Below are positions 45,017 to 54,245 of a stretch of 64,000 nt of DNA, piece by piece. The position numbers and the translations under genes were made by a program. Origin of the DNA: Acidimicrobiia bacterium (lineage in GTDB: Bacteria > Actinomycetota > Acidimicrobiia > Spongiisociales > SHLN01). The first letter of the stretch is position 1, and the number at the start of each line of letters is the position of its first letter. The stretch lies in contig JBFKDW010000005.1 in the NCBI GenBank assembly GCA_041619515.1, positions 2,323 to 66,322 of the forward strand. Reading direction: 5' to 3'. A model generated the notes under the pieces. That model saw only the letters and a list, made by a program, of their open reading frames with translations. It was not told the origin of the DNA and did not search any database.

Positions 45017-45901
45017 ATGACACGGTTGCAGGTCGTCGACGTCGACGGGCCCGTCCACTATGCCGACTTCGGCGGAGAGGGGCCCCCGATGGTGCTGGTG
45101 CACGGTTTGGGTGGCTCACACCTCAACTGGCTCCACGTGGCCCCGGCGCTGGCCCGAAACCATCGCGTGGTGGCCGTCGACCTGGCGGGATTCGGGCTCA
45201 CGCCTCCGGCCGGCCGCAAAACCACGGTGCAAGCCAACCGTAACCTGCTCGACGGGTTCATCGGCGCGCTCTTCCCGCCTGGCCCGGCGATCCTGGTTGG
45301 GAATTCCATGGGCGGGCTCATCTCGATCCTCGAGGCAGCAGCCAACCCCGATCGGGTGGATGCGCTCGTGCTGGTCAATCCTGCACTCCCACTGGCCGAC
45401 ACCGGATCGCTGAACGCCTTTACGCTGCAGCGGCTGATCGTCCCGCTCATTCCCGGGGTTGGTGAAGCAGTGCTGGGCCGCTACTACGCCACCACCGATC
45501 CACCGCAGCAACTGGACGAAACCCTGGCAGCGGTGACGGCAGATCCGTCCTCCGTCCCTACCGAAGGCCGCGAGCTCACGATCGAGATGATCGAGCTGCG
45601 CCAGGAAATGGACTGGGCGGTCCGGTCGTTCTTGCAGGCATCCCGCTCGATCGCCGGGTTCCTGGCGCGCCGCAGGCACTTCCAGCGGACACTGGCCGCC
45701 ATCCGCTGTCCGGTCCTGCTGGTTCATGGAGAAGAAGACACCATCGTGTCACCCGCCTCCGCACGATGGGCGCATCGGCAGCGTCCCGATTGGAGGCTCG
45801 AGTTGTTGCCGAATGTCGGTCACGTACCCCAGCTGGAAGCACCGGAGCTGCTCGTGGAGCTTGTCGAAGACTTCCTCCGGTCGCACGCCGCAGCCCGTTA
45901 G
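45017..45901 (+). CDS. Alpha/beta hydrolase
   Basis: VHGLGGS, DLAGFG, GNSMGG nucleophile elbow, VHGEED, GHVPQLE. Confidence 0.92.
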   Translation: MTRLQVVDVDGPVHYADFGGEGPPMVLVHGLGGSHLNWLHVAPALARNHRVVAVDLAGFGLTPPAGRKTTVQANRNLLDGFIGALFPPGPAILVGNSMGGLISILEAAANPDRVDALVLVNPALPLADTGSLNAFTLQRLIVPLIPGVGEAVLGRYYATTDPPQQLDETLAAVTADPSSVPTEGRELTIEMIELRQEMDWAVRSFLQASRSIAGFLARRRHFQRTLAAIRCPVLLVHGEEDTIVSPASARWAHRQRPDWRLELLPNVGHVPQLEAPELLVELVEDFLRSHAAAR

Positions 45902-45938
45902 CGATCGGCCGACTACCGGGTCCGACCGGTTCGACGAA

Positions 45939-46595
45939 CTACGTGTAGAGGTGGATGTCTGCCTGCTCCATCACCGACATGAACGTCAGGTACTCGACGA
46001 TCTGCAGGTCACGGAGAAACAGGTCCTCCCGGTCGACCTTGAAGTGCTGCATGGACGGGCCACACAGGTAGATGTGACCGCCCAGGGTGACCAGCTGGCG
46101 CAGCTTGTCCTGGGCCGAGATGTGCCCGCTCCTGGCCATGCCTGATCTCGCCAACCGGCTGAAAGGGCGGGCCCATCCCCGTAGCCTCGGCCGAAAGCCT
46201 CTGCCAAGCACCCGGACGGCCGGCCCTTGGATGAAGAGAGAGACATCCATGCCCTCCAGGGCAGCAGCGAGGGCGAACCCGAGTGGCGAAAGCAGCTCCT
46301 CGAGACCGTCGTCGGAGATGACCATCGCCAACCTCGACCCGGTCACATTCCGATCATGCTTTTGGATCCAGAGGCGATTCCCCGTCGCGGTCCGCTCAGA
46401 GGAAACCAGCTTGTGTCCGGTGGCCCGGCACCAGGATTCGATATCGGTGAGTAGGGGCGGGTAGTAGTCGGTGAGCAGCTCGAGCACCTCACCATCGGCC
46501 ATCGTGTGCAGCTCTGCGGCTGCATCGAAGACGACGAAGGTCGCAATCGTCCTGCCGGTGCGATCGAGTGATCTTGCGGTCGTCATCGTGTCCAT
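45939..46595 (-). CDS. TusA/SirA-like + DsrE/DsrF-like fusion protein
   Basis: N-terminal GEVLELLTD...DIESWCRATGHKL (TusA-like); C-terminal ALAAALEGMDVSLFIQGPAV...YLCGPSM (DsrE-like); SD GGAGG. Confidence 0.75.
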   Translation of the reverse strand: MDTMTTARSLDRTGRTIATFVVFDAAAELHTMADGEVLELLTDYYPPLLTDIESWCRATGHKLVSSERTATGNRLWIQKHDRNVTGSRLAMVISDDGLEELLSPLGFALAAALEGMDVSLFIQGPAVRVLGRGFRPRLRGWARPFSRLARSGMARSGHISAQDKLRQLVTLGGHIYLCGPSMQHFKVDREDLFLRDLQIVEYLTFMSVMEQADIHLYT

Positions 46596-46721
46596 TGCGC
46601 CACCTCCGCTGGGAGTCGAACTCTCCGACAAGTGTGAGCGGAGCCCGAAACGATGACCAGGGCCGGTTGTCCCCTTGGCAATGTTGTCCCGTTGGCAATG
46701 CTGAGCCGTCGACCGCAGTCG

Positions 46722-46973
46722 TTAGTGAGGGTCCTGGTTGCGCCCCAGCTTGCGCGCCACCAAAACGCCCAGGACGGGGCCTGCTGCCAGGATCAGGACG
46801 GTGATGACCCCGACCGCAGCGTTCTCCCCAAAGATCTCGGGAATTGTCGACTCATAGCCTTCATCCATCCCGGTGAAGATGACGACGTTGACTGCCACGA
46901 TCGCACCAACCACGAAGCCGAACAAGGCGCCCAGCAGTGAGAGAGTGAACCGACCAAGGGTGTGCGTGCTCAT
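46722..46973 (-). CDS. Small two-TM hypothetical membrane protein
   Basis: Two hydrophobic segments flanking an acidic loop; ATG 46973. Confidence 0.6.
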   Translation of the reverse strand: MSTHTLGRFTLSLLGALFGFVVGAIVAVNVVIFTGMDEGYESTIPEIFGENAAVGVITVLILAAGPVLGVLVARKLGRNQDPH

Positions 46974-47037
46974 GCCGCGATAGTCGCTCTCGTCGGACGA
47001 ACCTGATAGAGGCTTAATCCCCCCGGGGCAACCGACC

Positions 47038-47724
47038 TCAGACGGTTGCATCCTCCCTGAGGTAGAGGCTGGTCTTGACCGCATGGGACGCCAGCCGATA
47101 GCCGTGGGATCGAAGCAGCCCGACCACTTCGGACCCAGACGGATTGTGCAAATCGATGGCTAGGTCCTCCACCGCCACGACCCGGGGGCGGTACCGGCCC
47201 CAGTCGTTGGACTGGAGCACCTCCACATCCATGCCCTCGACATCGACGGAGAGAAGATCAATCGGCGTTCCCGCCGGGAGGTGCTCGCCGAGGACGTCTG
47301 CCAGAGGCACCACTTCGGTGGGAAGGGTCTTTTCCACCGCCACGCCCTGGTCGGCGCTGATCGCGTCCGCAAACGACGGCTCGAGCGTGTTCGAGGATGC
47401 CCAGTCCCCGAATACCATCAGCTCGGCGGTGCGTCTCGGGGTGCCGGCCGCCTGCCGGAGCGTCACGTCGTCGGGTCGGGCCGTCGCCAGGATTTCGGCC
47501 ATCACGGGGTTGGGCTCGATGTTGATGCCTCTCCATCCGGCCTCGTGCAGCAGGGCGGTGTTGGAGAACGCCGCCGGGTGATAGGCCCCCACGTCGACGT
47601 AGAACCCGGCCTCCGGAAGCCCGCCATGCTCCTCGAAGAGAGCCATCAGGACAGCATCTTCGCCGTGAGCCGAGTAGGTGAGACGGGCGTATGGCGGAAG
47701 CAGGCCCTTTGCAGACGAGCTCAC
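47038..47724 (-). CDS. FkbM-family SAM-dependent methyltransferase
   Basis: YSAHGED, FYVDVGAYHP...SNT, WRGINIEPNP, IDLLSVDVEG; GTGA overlap with the upstream permease stop. Confidence 0.88.
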   Translation of the reverse strand: MSSSAKGLLPPYARLTYSAHGEDAVLMALFEEHGGLPEAGFYVDVGAYHPAAFSNTALLHEAGWRGINIEPNPVMAEILATARPDDVTLRQAAGTPRRTAELMVFGDWASSNTLEPSFADAISADQGVAVEKTLPTEVVPLADVLGEHLPAGTPIDLLSVDVEGMDVEVLQSNDWGRYRPRVVAVEDLAIDLHNPSGSEVVGLLRSHGYRLASHAVKTSLYLREDATV

Positions 47725-48566
47725 GTGACGGTGCGGCGGTACACCCGGATCGCCAGTGGCACGAACACCGCCAGGATGATCCCCGAATACAGGAGCGACA
47801 GGGAGATCTGGCCCACCACCGAGTTGCCGGGAAGCAGCGCCCCCTCCCCCAGTATCAACCCGCGCAGGGCATCGACGGTCACCGTCACCGGCTGGTTGTC
47901 GGCGAACGCCCGCAGCCAACCCGGCATCGTCTGGGTGGGAACGAACACCGAGCTGGCGAACACCAGCGGAAACACCGGAAGGAACACCGCCGTCTGGGCG
48001 GCTTCGGGGTTCTTTACGAGCAGCCCGATGGTCGCCATGATCCACGAGAAGGAAAAGGAGAAGACCATCGCAAGGGCGAGACCGCCGATGAGCCCGGCGA
48101 AGCTGGTCTGGTAGCGAAACCCGATCAGGACGCCAACCAGCAGCATCAACCCGATGACGAACCCGTTGCGAATGAGATCCGAGATGGTTCGCCCTGCCAG
48201 GACCGCCGACCTCGCCATCGGAAGTGACCGGAACCGGTCGATCACGCCCTTGGATAGGTCCTCCGTCAGACCCAGCGCGGTCTGGCCGGCGCCGAAGGCC
48301 GCAGTCTGCACAAGCAAGCCCGGAATGAGCCAATTGATGTACTTCCCGGCGGCGGCCGGCGGCAGGGTGCCACCGATTGCCCCTCCGAATACGTAGGTGA
48401 ACAGCAGCAAGAACATGATCGGCTGGATCGTCGACAGCACGATGAGCTGAGGCAGTCGAAGATTGCGGAGCAGGTTGCGCTTCGTGATGACCAGGATGTC
48501 CCGGGCCGTCTGCGGCAGGGAAGCCGCAACGCGACCCGGCTTGGGGGGTGCCACAGTCGCAGTCAT
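47721..48566 (-). CDS. ABC-2 exporter permease (DrrB-like)
   Basis: QPIMFLLLFTYVFGG, GVIDRFRSLPM, FASSVFVP, NQPVT. Confidence 0.92.
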   Translation of the reverse strand: MTATVAPPKPGRVAASLPQTARDILVITKRNLLRNLRLPQLIVLSTIQPIMFLLLFTYVFGGAIGGTLPPAAAGKYINWLIPGLLVQTAAFGAGQTALGLTEDLSKGVIDRFRSLPMARSAVLAGRTISDLIRNGFVIGLMLLVGVLIGFRYQTSFAGLIGGLALAMVFSFSFSWIMATIGLLVKNPEAAQTAVFLPVFPLVFASSVFVPTQTMPGWLRAFADNQPVTVTVDALRGLILGEGALLPGNSVVGQISLSLLYSGIILAVFVPLAIRVYRRTVT

Positions 48567-49570
48567 GGTTGCCTCCTTCGACGGCCGCGCCGTCCGTTTG
48601 GTGCCGGTTCCTCCGACGGAGCGCTCTCAGCCGGGTGGCCCGTCAAAGTGAGAAACACGTCGTCGAGGCTCGGCTTGTGGAGGGCAATGTCGGTGGGAGC
48701 AATCGACGCTCCGTCGAGTGCCCGTACCACCTGGGTGAGCGTCCTGGGGCCCTCGGCGGCGGGAGTCGTGATCCTGCGAGTCTCGGCATCGATGGTCGGT
48801 TCGGAGCCGGAGATGGCTCGGAGGGCTTGGATCGCTTCGGCCTGCCGATCCTCCGGCACGATCAGCTCGATGACCGCCGTCCCCAGTGTGTCCTTGAGAT
48901 CGTCGGAGGTGCCTTCGGAGATCAAGCGGCCCTCGTCGATGACGGCGATCCGGTCGGCGAGCTGGTCGGCTTCGTCGAGGTACTGGGTGGTGAGCAACAC
49001 GGTGGTTCCGGTGTCGACCAGCTCGGTGATCAGGCGCCAGACGTCGATGCGGCTGCGGGGGTCGATGCCGGTGGTGGGCTCGTCGAGGAAGAGCACCTGA
49101 GGCCGGCCGACCAATGAGGCAGCCAGGTCGAGACGCCGCTGCATGCCACCCGAATAGGTCTTCACCTGCCGGTCGGCGGCGTCGGCGAGCCCGATTCGCT
49201 CGAGAACCTCCCCGGCCCGGTCCCTCGATTCGGAAGCCGACAGTCCGTACAGCCTGCCGACCATCTCGACGTTCTCCCGGCCGGTGAGGTAGTCGTCGAC
49301 GGCCGCGAACTGTCCGGCCAATCCGATCCGGGTGCGGGCCGTCTTGGGATCCGCCAGCACATCCACTCCCGCCACGACGGCCCGTCCGGCGTCCGGTCGC
49401 AGCAAGGTGGTGAGCACTCGGATCAGCGTGGTCTTGCCGGCGCCGTTCGGCCCGAGCAGGCCGTAGATGATGCCCGCCCCAAACTCGAGGCTCACGTCAT
49501 CGAGCGCTTTGACGGTTCCACCGAAGGTCTTGCGAATGCCTTCAGCCCGCACAATGGGTGTCGTCGTCAT
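48563..49570 (-). CDS. ABC exporter ATP-binding protein (DrrA-like)
   Basis: GPNGAGKTT, YSGGMQRRLDLA, FLDEPTTGIDP, LTTQYLDEAD, PSLDDVFL. ATG 49570 chosen. Confidence 0.93.
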   Translation of the reverse strand: MTTTPIVRAEGIRKTFGGTVKALDDVSLEFGAGIIYGLLGPNGAGKTTLIRVLTTLLRPDAGRAVVAGVDVLADPKTARTRIGLAGQFAAVDDYLTGRENVEMVGRLYGLSASESRDRAGEVLERIGLADAADRQVKTYSGGMQRRLDLAASLVGRPQVLFLDEPTTGIDPRSRIDVWRLITELVDTGTTVLLTTQYLDEADQLADRIAVIDEGRLISEGTSDDLKDTLGTAVIELIVPEDRQAEAIQALRAISGSEPTIDAETRRITTPAAEGPRTLTQVVRALDGASIAPTDIALHKPSLDDVFLTLTGHPAESAPSEEPAPNGRRGRRRRQP

Positions 49571-49605
49571 CAGGGCCGGCCTTTGTATCGAAGAGGAGAT
49601 GGAGA

Positions 49606-51264
49606 CTAGGGCGACGATATGTCGTACACGCCACCTGCCGGTTCTTCCAACTCCGGCCTCTCCCGGCGAAATCCGGCCCGGCCGGTGAGCCCGCGCCTGA
49701 TGAGGAGCGGCCACGTGATCGCGGCGCTCAGCAGCACCAGCACCAGTGCGGTAATCCCAACCTCGGCGAAGAACCCATCTTCGGCTGCATTCCATATTCG
49801 CGTCGCCAGGGTCTCGAAGCCGATCGGCGCCAGGATCAGAGTGGCCGGCAACTCCTTGAGGGTTGAGAGGAGAACGAGCCCGGCGCCCGCCAGCAGCCCG
49901 GGTCCGATCAGCGGCACCTCGACGGTGAGGAATCGCCTGCCGGCGCCGGCTCCCAGCATCCGGGCGGCGTCGTCATAGCGCGCCGGGACCGCCTCGATCG
50001 CCGCCTGCGCCGGGCCGAGCGCCTGTGCGCCGAAGTGGAGGACATAGCCGAGAATCAGCAGAGGGAGGGTCTGATAGACGCTCCCGAGGATCCCGGGGGC
50101 ACGGATAGCCCAGAATGCGAGTGAGATCGCCACGACCAAACCCGGGAGCGCGAACACCGAGGTGATCGACGCACCCGCCGACTCGGAGATCCACGAGCGG
50201 CGCCGAGCCGACGCATAAGCCACCGGGATCGTCACGACGATGGCTGCGGCGGCTGCCAGTGCAGCTGCTCCTGCGGAGCGGACCGTTGGATCGAGCAGGA
50301 AGCCGAGCGAGTCGCCGAGGCCGGAGTATCCGACCCCGACGGTGCTCGAGCCCCTGACCACCCAGATGACGAACACGAACAGGGGGGTCAGAAGACCGAG
50401 CCCGACGACAAGACCGGTGTAGGCAAGCGCCGGGACGGTGCCCCAACCAAGGCGATAGTGGACCTGGCGCTGCCCGACCGTCGCCATCGGCTGCCGGCGA
50501 GCCGCCGCCATCCGGTTGAGAGCGGCCACGACCAGCGCCACCACGGTCAGCACCAGCCCGAGTGTGAGTGATGTCGCCCGGTCGGCGAGCTGGGAGGAGA
50601 AGATCACCCGGGTGATGGTGTCGAAGCGCATCAGCGACACGGCCCCGAAATCACTCAGGCCGTACAGGAACACCAGCAGCGTCCCGGCGACGATGGCCGG
50701 CCAGGCCTGCGGCAGCACCACGTTGCGGAGCGCTCTCCACGACGAGTCGCCGAGCAAGCGGGCAGCGTCTTCGAGTGAGGAGGCGGTGGTCGCCAGCCGT
50801 GCCAGGACCGGAAGGTAGACGTACGGGTAGGTCAGGAGCGAGAGCACTGCGAGCGCGCCCCAGAACCCCTGGACCCGGGGAACGAACTCGATGAGACCAC
50901 CCGGTCCGAAGGCGGCCAGCACGGCGGTCGCACCCACGAAGGAGGGGATGACCAGCGGAAGCGCCAGGGCCCAGCGCCACACCGACCGGCCGGGCAGGTT
51001 GGTGCGGGCCACCAGGACCGCCAGCGTCGTGCCCAGCACCGTCGATGCCACGGCGGTGGTGGTTGCGATCAGCAGGGAGTTGGCGAGCGGGCGAAGGGTG
51101 GTGGAGCTGAGCAGGATGGTGCCGAGATCGCTGCCGAGGGTCACGGTGCGAATCAGCAGATAGCCGACGGGAAACAGAAACAGCAGTCCCACCACGCCGG
51201 CGACCAGCGTGAGGCGACCGGCGGGCCGCGGCGAGCGGCTAGGGAGCCTCGAGGCCACTGGCAT
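49606..51264 (-). CDS. Fe3+-type ABC transporter permease (FbpB/FutB-like)
   Basis: Two EAA-type loops (LEDAARLLG, YDDAARMLG), LSDFGAV, LKELPATL. Confidence 0.9.
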   Translation of the reverse strand: MPVASRLPSRSPRPAGRLTLVAGVVGLLFLFPVGYLLIRTVTLGSDLGTILLSSTTLRPLANSLLIATTTAVASTVLGTTLAVLVARTNLPGRSVWRWALALPLVIPSFVGATAVLAAFGPGGLIEFVPRVQGFWGALAVLSLLTYPYVYLPVLARLATTASSLEDAARLLGDSSWRALRNVVLPQAWPAIVAGTLLVFLYGLSDFGAVSLMRFDTITRVIFSSQLADRATSLTLGLVLTVVALVVAALNRMAAARRQPMATVGQRQVHYRLGWGTVPALAYTGLVVGLGLLTPLFVFVIWVVRGSSTVGVGYSGLGDSLGFLLDPTVRSAGAAALAAAAAIVVTIPVAYASARRRSWISESAGASITSVFALPGLVVAISLAFWAIRAPGILGSVYQTLPLLILGYVLHFGAQALGPAQAAIEAVPARYDDAARMLGAGAGRRFLTVEVPLIGPGLLAGAGLVLLSTLKELPATLILAPIGFETLATRIWNAAEDGFFAEVGITALVLVLLSAAITWPLLIRRGLTGRAGFRRERPELEEPAGGVYDISSP

Positions 51265-52258
51265 CGATCAGATCCCGGGTCGCTCCGAGTCCTCCGCCGA
51301 GACGGTCGAAATCGTACGTGGCTACGTTGAGCGTGCTCAGCGGCGGAAGCGCGGGGGAGGGCCCGACATCTGCCGCCAGGGGATACTCGAGAGTCTCGCG
51401 GCTGTAGAAGGTCTGGGCCGACTCACCGAGCATGAATGCCAGGAAGTCGGCGGCACGGTCCGGCGCATCTGTGCTGTCGAGGACGGCGCCGGCGGTGACG
51501 ATGAGCAGGGACCCGATGTCGCCGTTCGGGAAGTAGTAGTTCTCAGATCGAACGGTAGGATCCTCCGCCTTCGCCCGCAGGTTGTAGTAGTGGTTGACCA
51601 GGCCGAGCGGGATTTCTCCCCTCCCGACGGCCTGCACGATGGCGGTGTTGTTGACGTAAGTTCGCGCCTCGTTGGCCTCCAGGCCCTCCAGCCAGGCGAG
51701 GGTGGTGTCGTCACCGTGGATTTCCCGCATGGCGGTCACGAAATCCTGGAACGAGCCGTTGCCGGGTGCGACACCGACCTCACCCCGGTAGCGCGGATCC
51801 GTCAGGTCGAACACCGACCCGGGCAGATCGGCAACCTCGGCAAGGTCGGCGTTGTAGACGAGCACTCGCACCCGGCCGGAGAGGCCCACCCACAGGCCGT
51901 CTCGATTGCGGAACTCCGGCGCCACCAGCTCGAGGACTCCGGATTCGACGGGACGAAGCAGGCCCGCCTCGGCCAGGAAGCCCACCGCCCCGGGGCTCTG
52001 CGAGATGAAGACGTCTGCCGGGCTGCGAGAGCCTTCTTCTGAAATGAGCAAGGCGAGATCCGCCGAGCTCCCGTACTTCACGGCCACGTCGATTCCAGTC
52101 TCTTCAGTGAAGGCGTCCAGCAGCGGGCCGATCAAGTTCTCCGTGCGGCCCGAGTACACGGTGATCGACTGCCGGTCGGTGCCGCAGGCGGCCGCGACGA
52201 GAGCGAGGACGAGGATGAGGGTTCCCAGGGTGAAGCCCCGGCGTACGGAGAGGTCCAT
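51239..52258 (-). CDS. Fe3+ ABC transporter substrate-binding lipoprotein (FbpA/FutA-like)
   Basis: Lipobox AAAC, VYSGR, GRVRVLVYN, VNHYY, TLEYP. Confidence 0.9.
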   Translation of the reverse strand: MDLSVRRGFTLGTLILVLALVAAACGTDRQSITVYSGRTENLIGPLLDAFTEETGIDVAVKYGSSADLALLISEEGSRSPADVFISQSPGAVGFLAEAGLLRPVESGVLELVAPEFRNRDGLWVGLSGRVRVLVYNADLAEVADLPGSVFDLTDPRYRGEVGVAPGNGSFQDFVTAMREIHGDDTTLAWLEGLEANEARTYVNNTAIVQAVGRGEIPLGLVNHYYNLRAKAEDPTVRSENYYFPNGDIGSLLIVTAGAVLDSTDAPDRAADFLAFMLGESAQTFYSRETLEYPLAADVGPSPALPPLSTLNVATYDFDRLGGGLGATRDLIDASGLEAP

Positions 52259-52306
52259 GTGCCGAGCCTATCGCGAACGCTGCGAAATTATCAACCGGAC
52301 CATACA

Positions 52307-52329
52307 AATATTTTATGGCCCGCCTAATG
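52307..52329. promoter_or_regulatory. Candidate DtxR-family operator upstream of the substrate-binding gene
   Basis: AATATTTTATGGCCCGCCTAATG; 17/23 identical to the site at 53424. Confidence 0.5.
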
Positions 52330-52342
52330 ATGAGGGCGTCGC

Positions 52343-53392
52343 CTAGCCCGTCATCGCCAGGGACCCCACACCGGCTTCGGGGAAGGCGACGACGTCGGGC
52401 CCCGAGTAGGTCAATGAGATGCGATCGCCCGGTCGAAAGCGGGGAGCCGCGATGCCCCGGACCAGCACCGACATCGTCTCCAGTTCGACGGCATAGGAGG
52501 TGTCGTGCCCGTAGAACTCGACGCCGGTGACCAGGCCGTCGTCTCCGTTGCCGATCAACAGGTGCTCCGGCCGAATCGCCAACCGGCATGGCCCCCAGGT
52601 GGGTTCGGTGAGGCGTAGCTGCCCAAAGATCGTCGAAGCAGTGTCACCGTCTCCCGTCGCCGCCACCAGGTTCGCCTCGCCCACGAACGCAGCCAGCCAG
52701 GGAGACACCGGGTGCTCGTACACCTCGGCCGGAGGGCCTTGCTGGACGATTCGTCCTTCGCGCATCACCGCTACTTGATCGCCCACCACGAACGCCTCCT
52801 CTTGATCGTGGGTGACGAAGATGGCAGTCATCCCAACTTCCCGCATGAGGCCGGCAACCTCGCTTCGGAGCTTTATCCGAAACTCCGTGTCGAGATTGGA
52901 GAAGGGCTCATCGAGCAGGAGAACGCGGGGCCGCGGGGCAAGCGCACGTGCCACCGCCACCCGCTGCGCCTGTCCCCCGGACAAGTCCTGCGGATAGCGG
53001 TGCCCGAGATCGGCGAGGCCGACCATGTCGAGGGCTTGCCGGGCACGTTGGCGCCGGTCGTCAGCCTCCCTGAGGCCGTAGGCGACGTTCTTCTCAACCG
53101 TCAGATGTGGAAACAGCGCCCATTCCTGGAAGACCATGCCCACGCGACGCTGCTCGGGAGGGACGTGCACACCGGGGCCGGTCAGGATCTCCCCTGCCAG
53201 GGACACCGAGCCACCGTCGGTAGGAGTGAGGCCGGTCAGCAACCGCAGGAGTGTGGTCTTCCCACAGCCGCTGGGGCCGAGCAACGCCAGCGTCTCGCCT
53301 TCCGGCACCGTAAACGAAGCGTCGTCGACGATCAGCCGGTTGCCGAAACTCTTCGTGAGCCCCCGGGCCTCTAGGTAGTGGTCTCCCGACAT
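52343..53392 (-). CDS. Fe3+-type ABC transporter ATP-binding protein (FbpC-like)
   Basis: GPSGCGKTT, VFQEWALFPH, LSGGQAQRVA, LLDEPFSNLD, VTHDQEEA. Confidence 0.9.
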   Translation of the reverse strand: MSGDHYLEARGLTKSFGNRLIVDDASFTVPEGETLALLGPSGCGKTTLLRLLTGLTPTDGGSVSLAGEILTGPGVHVPPEQRRVGMVFQEWALFPHLTVEKNVAYGLREADDRRQRARQALDMVGLADLGHRYPQDLSGGQAQRVAVARALAPRPRVLLLDEPFSNLDTEFRIKLRSEVAGLMREVGMTAIFVTHDQEEAFVVGDQVAVMREGRIVQQGPPAEVYEHPVSPWLAAFVGEANLVAATGDGDTASTIFGQLRLTEPTWGPCRLAIRPEHLLIGNGDDGLVTGVEFYGHDTSYAVELETMSVLVRGIAAPRFRPGDRISLTYSGPDVVAFPEAGVGSLAMTG

Positions 53393-53423
53393 CGCATTCC
53401 CGTCCTGTGAACAGGTCCTTACC

Positions 53424-53446
53424 AATATTGTAGGGCGACCCTAATA
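53424..53446. promoter_or_regulatory. Candidate DtxR-family operator upstream of the ATPase gene
   Basis: AATATTGTAGGGCGACCCTAATA containing the palindrome TAGGG-cga-CCCTA; AT-rich island in a GC-rich background. Confidence 0.55.
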
Positions 53447-53464
53447 CCTAGGGGACCGGATTGG

Positions 53465-54160
53465 CTAGCCGGTGACCGAAACCAGCCCGGCCAGGGCCCC
53501 CGATACGTGGACCTGCCTCGCTCCGGTGTCGAGCAGGCACCCTCCGTCGTCTGACAGGGCCAGGACGGTGACGGTCGCTCCCGGAGCGATCCCCTGCCCC
53601 TCGAGGAACGAATGGGAAGCCGGGTCCCCCCCGATTCGCACGACCTCCACGCGGTGGCCGACGAGGGCTTGGGAAAGTGAGTGAAGGGCTACGACCGCCC
53701 GGGGCTGGTCGTCGTCGGCGGGTATCGGCTTGCCCTGGGGTCCCACCCGCGGATCTCCGAGGAAGTGGGCGAGTTGCCTGGCAACCTCGGTCGGGGTGAT
53801 GTGCTCGAACTCGCAGGCAACCGCATCCGCTGCCGCCGGGGTCAACCCAAGATGATCGGCCAGAAACAGCGCCCACAGCCGGCGTCGGCGCAGAACGGTG
53901 CGGGCGATGGTCGCTCCCGCCGGTGTGAGATCGGCACCCTTGTACGGGGTGTAGGCCACCAGCCCTCTTTCGGCCAGCTTCTTGACCATCTCGTTGGCCG
54001 AGACCCGCGACACATCGAGCGCCGTCGCCAGCTGCGGCACCGGAACGGGGCCCTCGTGACCGTCCTCAGCCGCCATGGCGATGGTGATCAAGTACATCTG
54101 CTCGGCTTCACTCGTTGAGGCGGTTCCGTCGAGATCAGAAGTTCGGTGTGCGGTAGCCAT
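53465..54160 (-). CDS. DtxR/MntR-family metal-dependent repressor with C-terminal FeoA-like domain
   Basis: SEAEQMYL, LDVSRVSANEMVKKL, LTPAG, RRRRLWALFL, ACEFEH, PQGKPIP, FeoA-like tail. Confidence 0.9.
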   Translation of the reverse strand: MATAHRTSDLDGTASTSEAEQMYLITIAMAAEDGHEGPVPVPQLATALDVSRVSANEMVKKLAERGLVAYTPYKGADLTPAGATIARTVLRRRRLWALFLADHLGLTPAAADAVACEFEHITPTEVARQLAHFLGDPRVGPQGKPIPADDDQPRAVVALHSLSQALVGHRVEVVRIGGDPASHSFLEGQGIAPGATVTVLALSDDGGCLLDTGARQVHVSGALAGLVSVTG

Positions 54161-54245
54161 GGGCAGCTCCTGCTGGTGTGTGCGCCTGACGATACCCGCC
54201 GCGGAAGCTAAGGCCGAGAAAAACTAGCGGGAATAGGCTGGTTAG

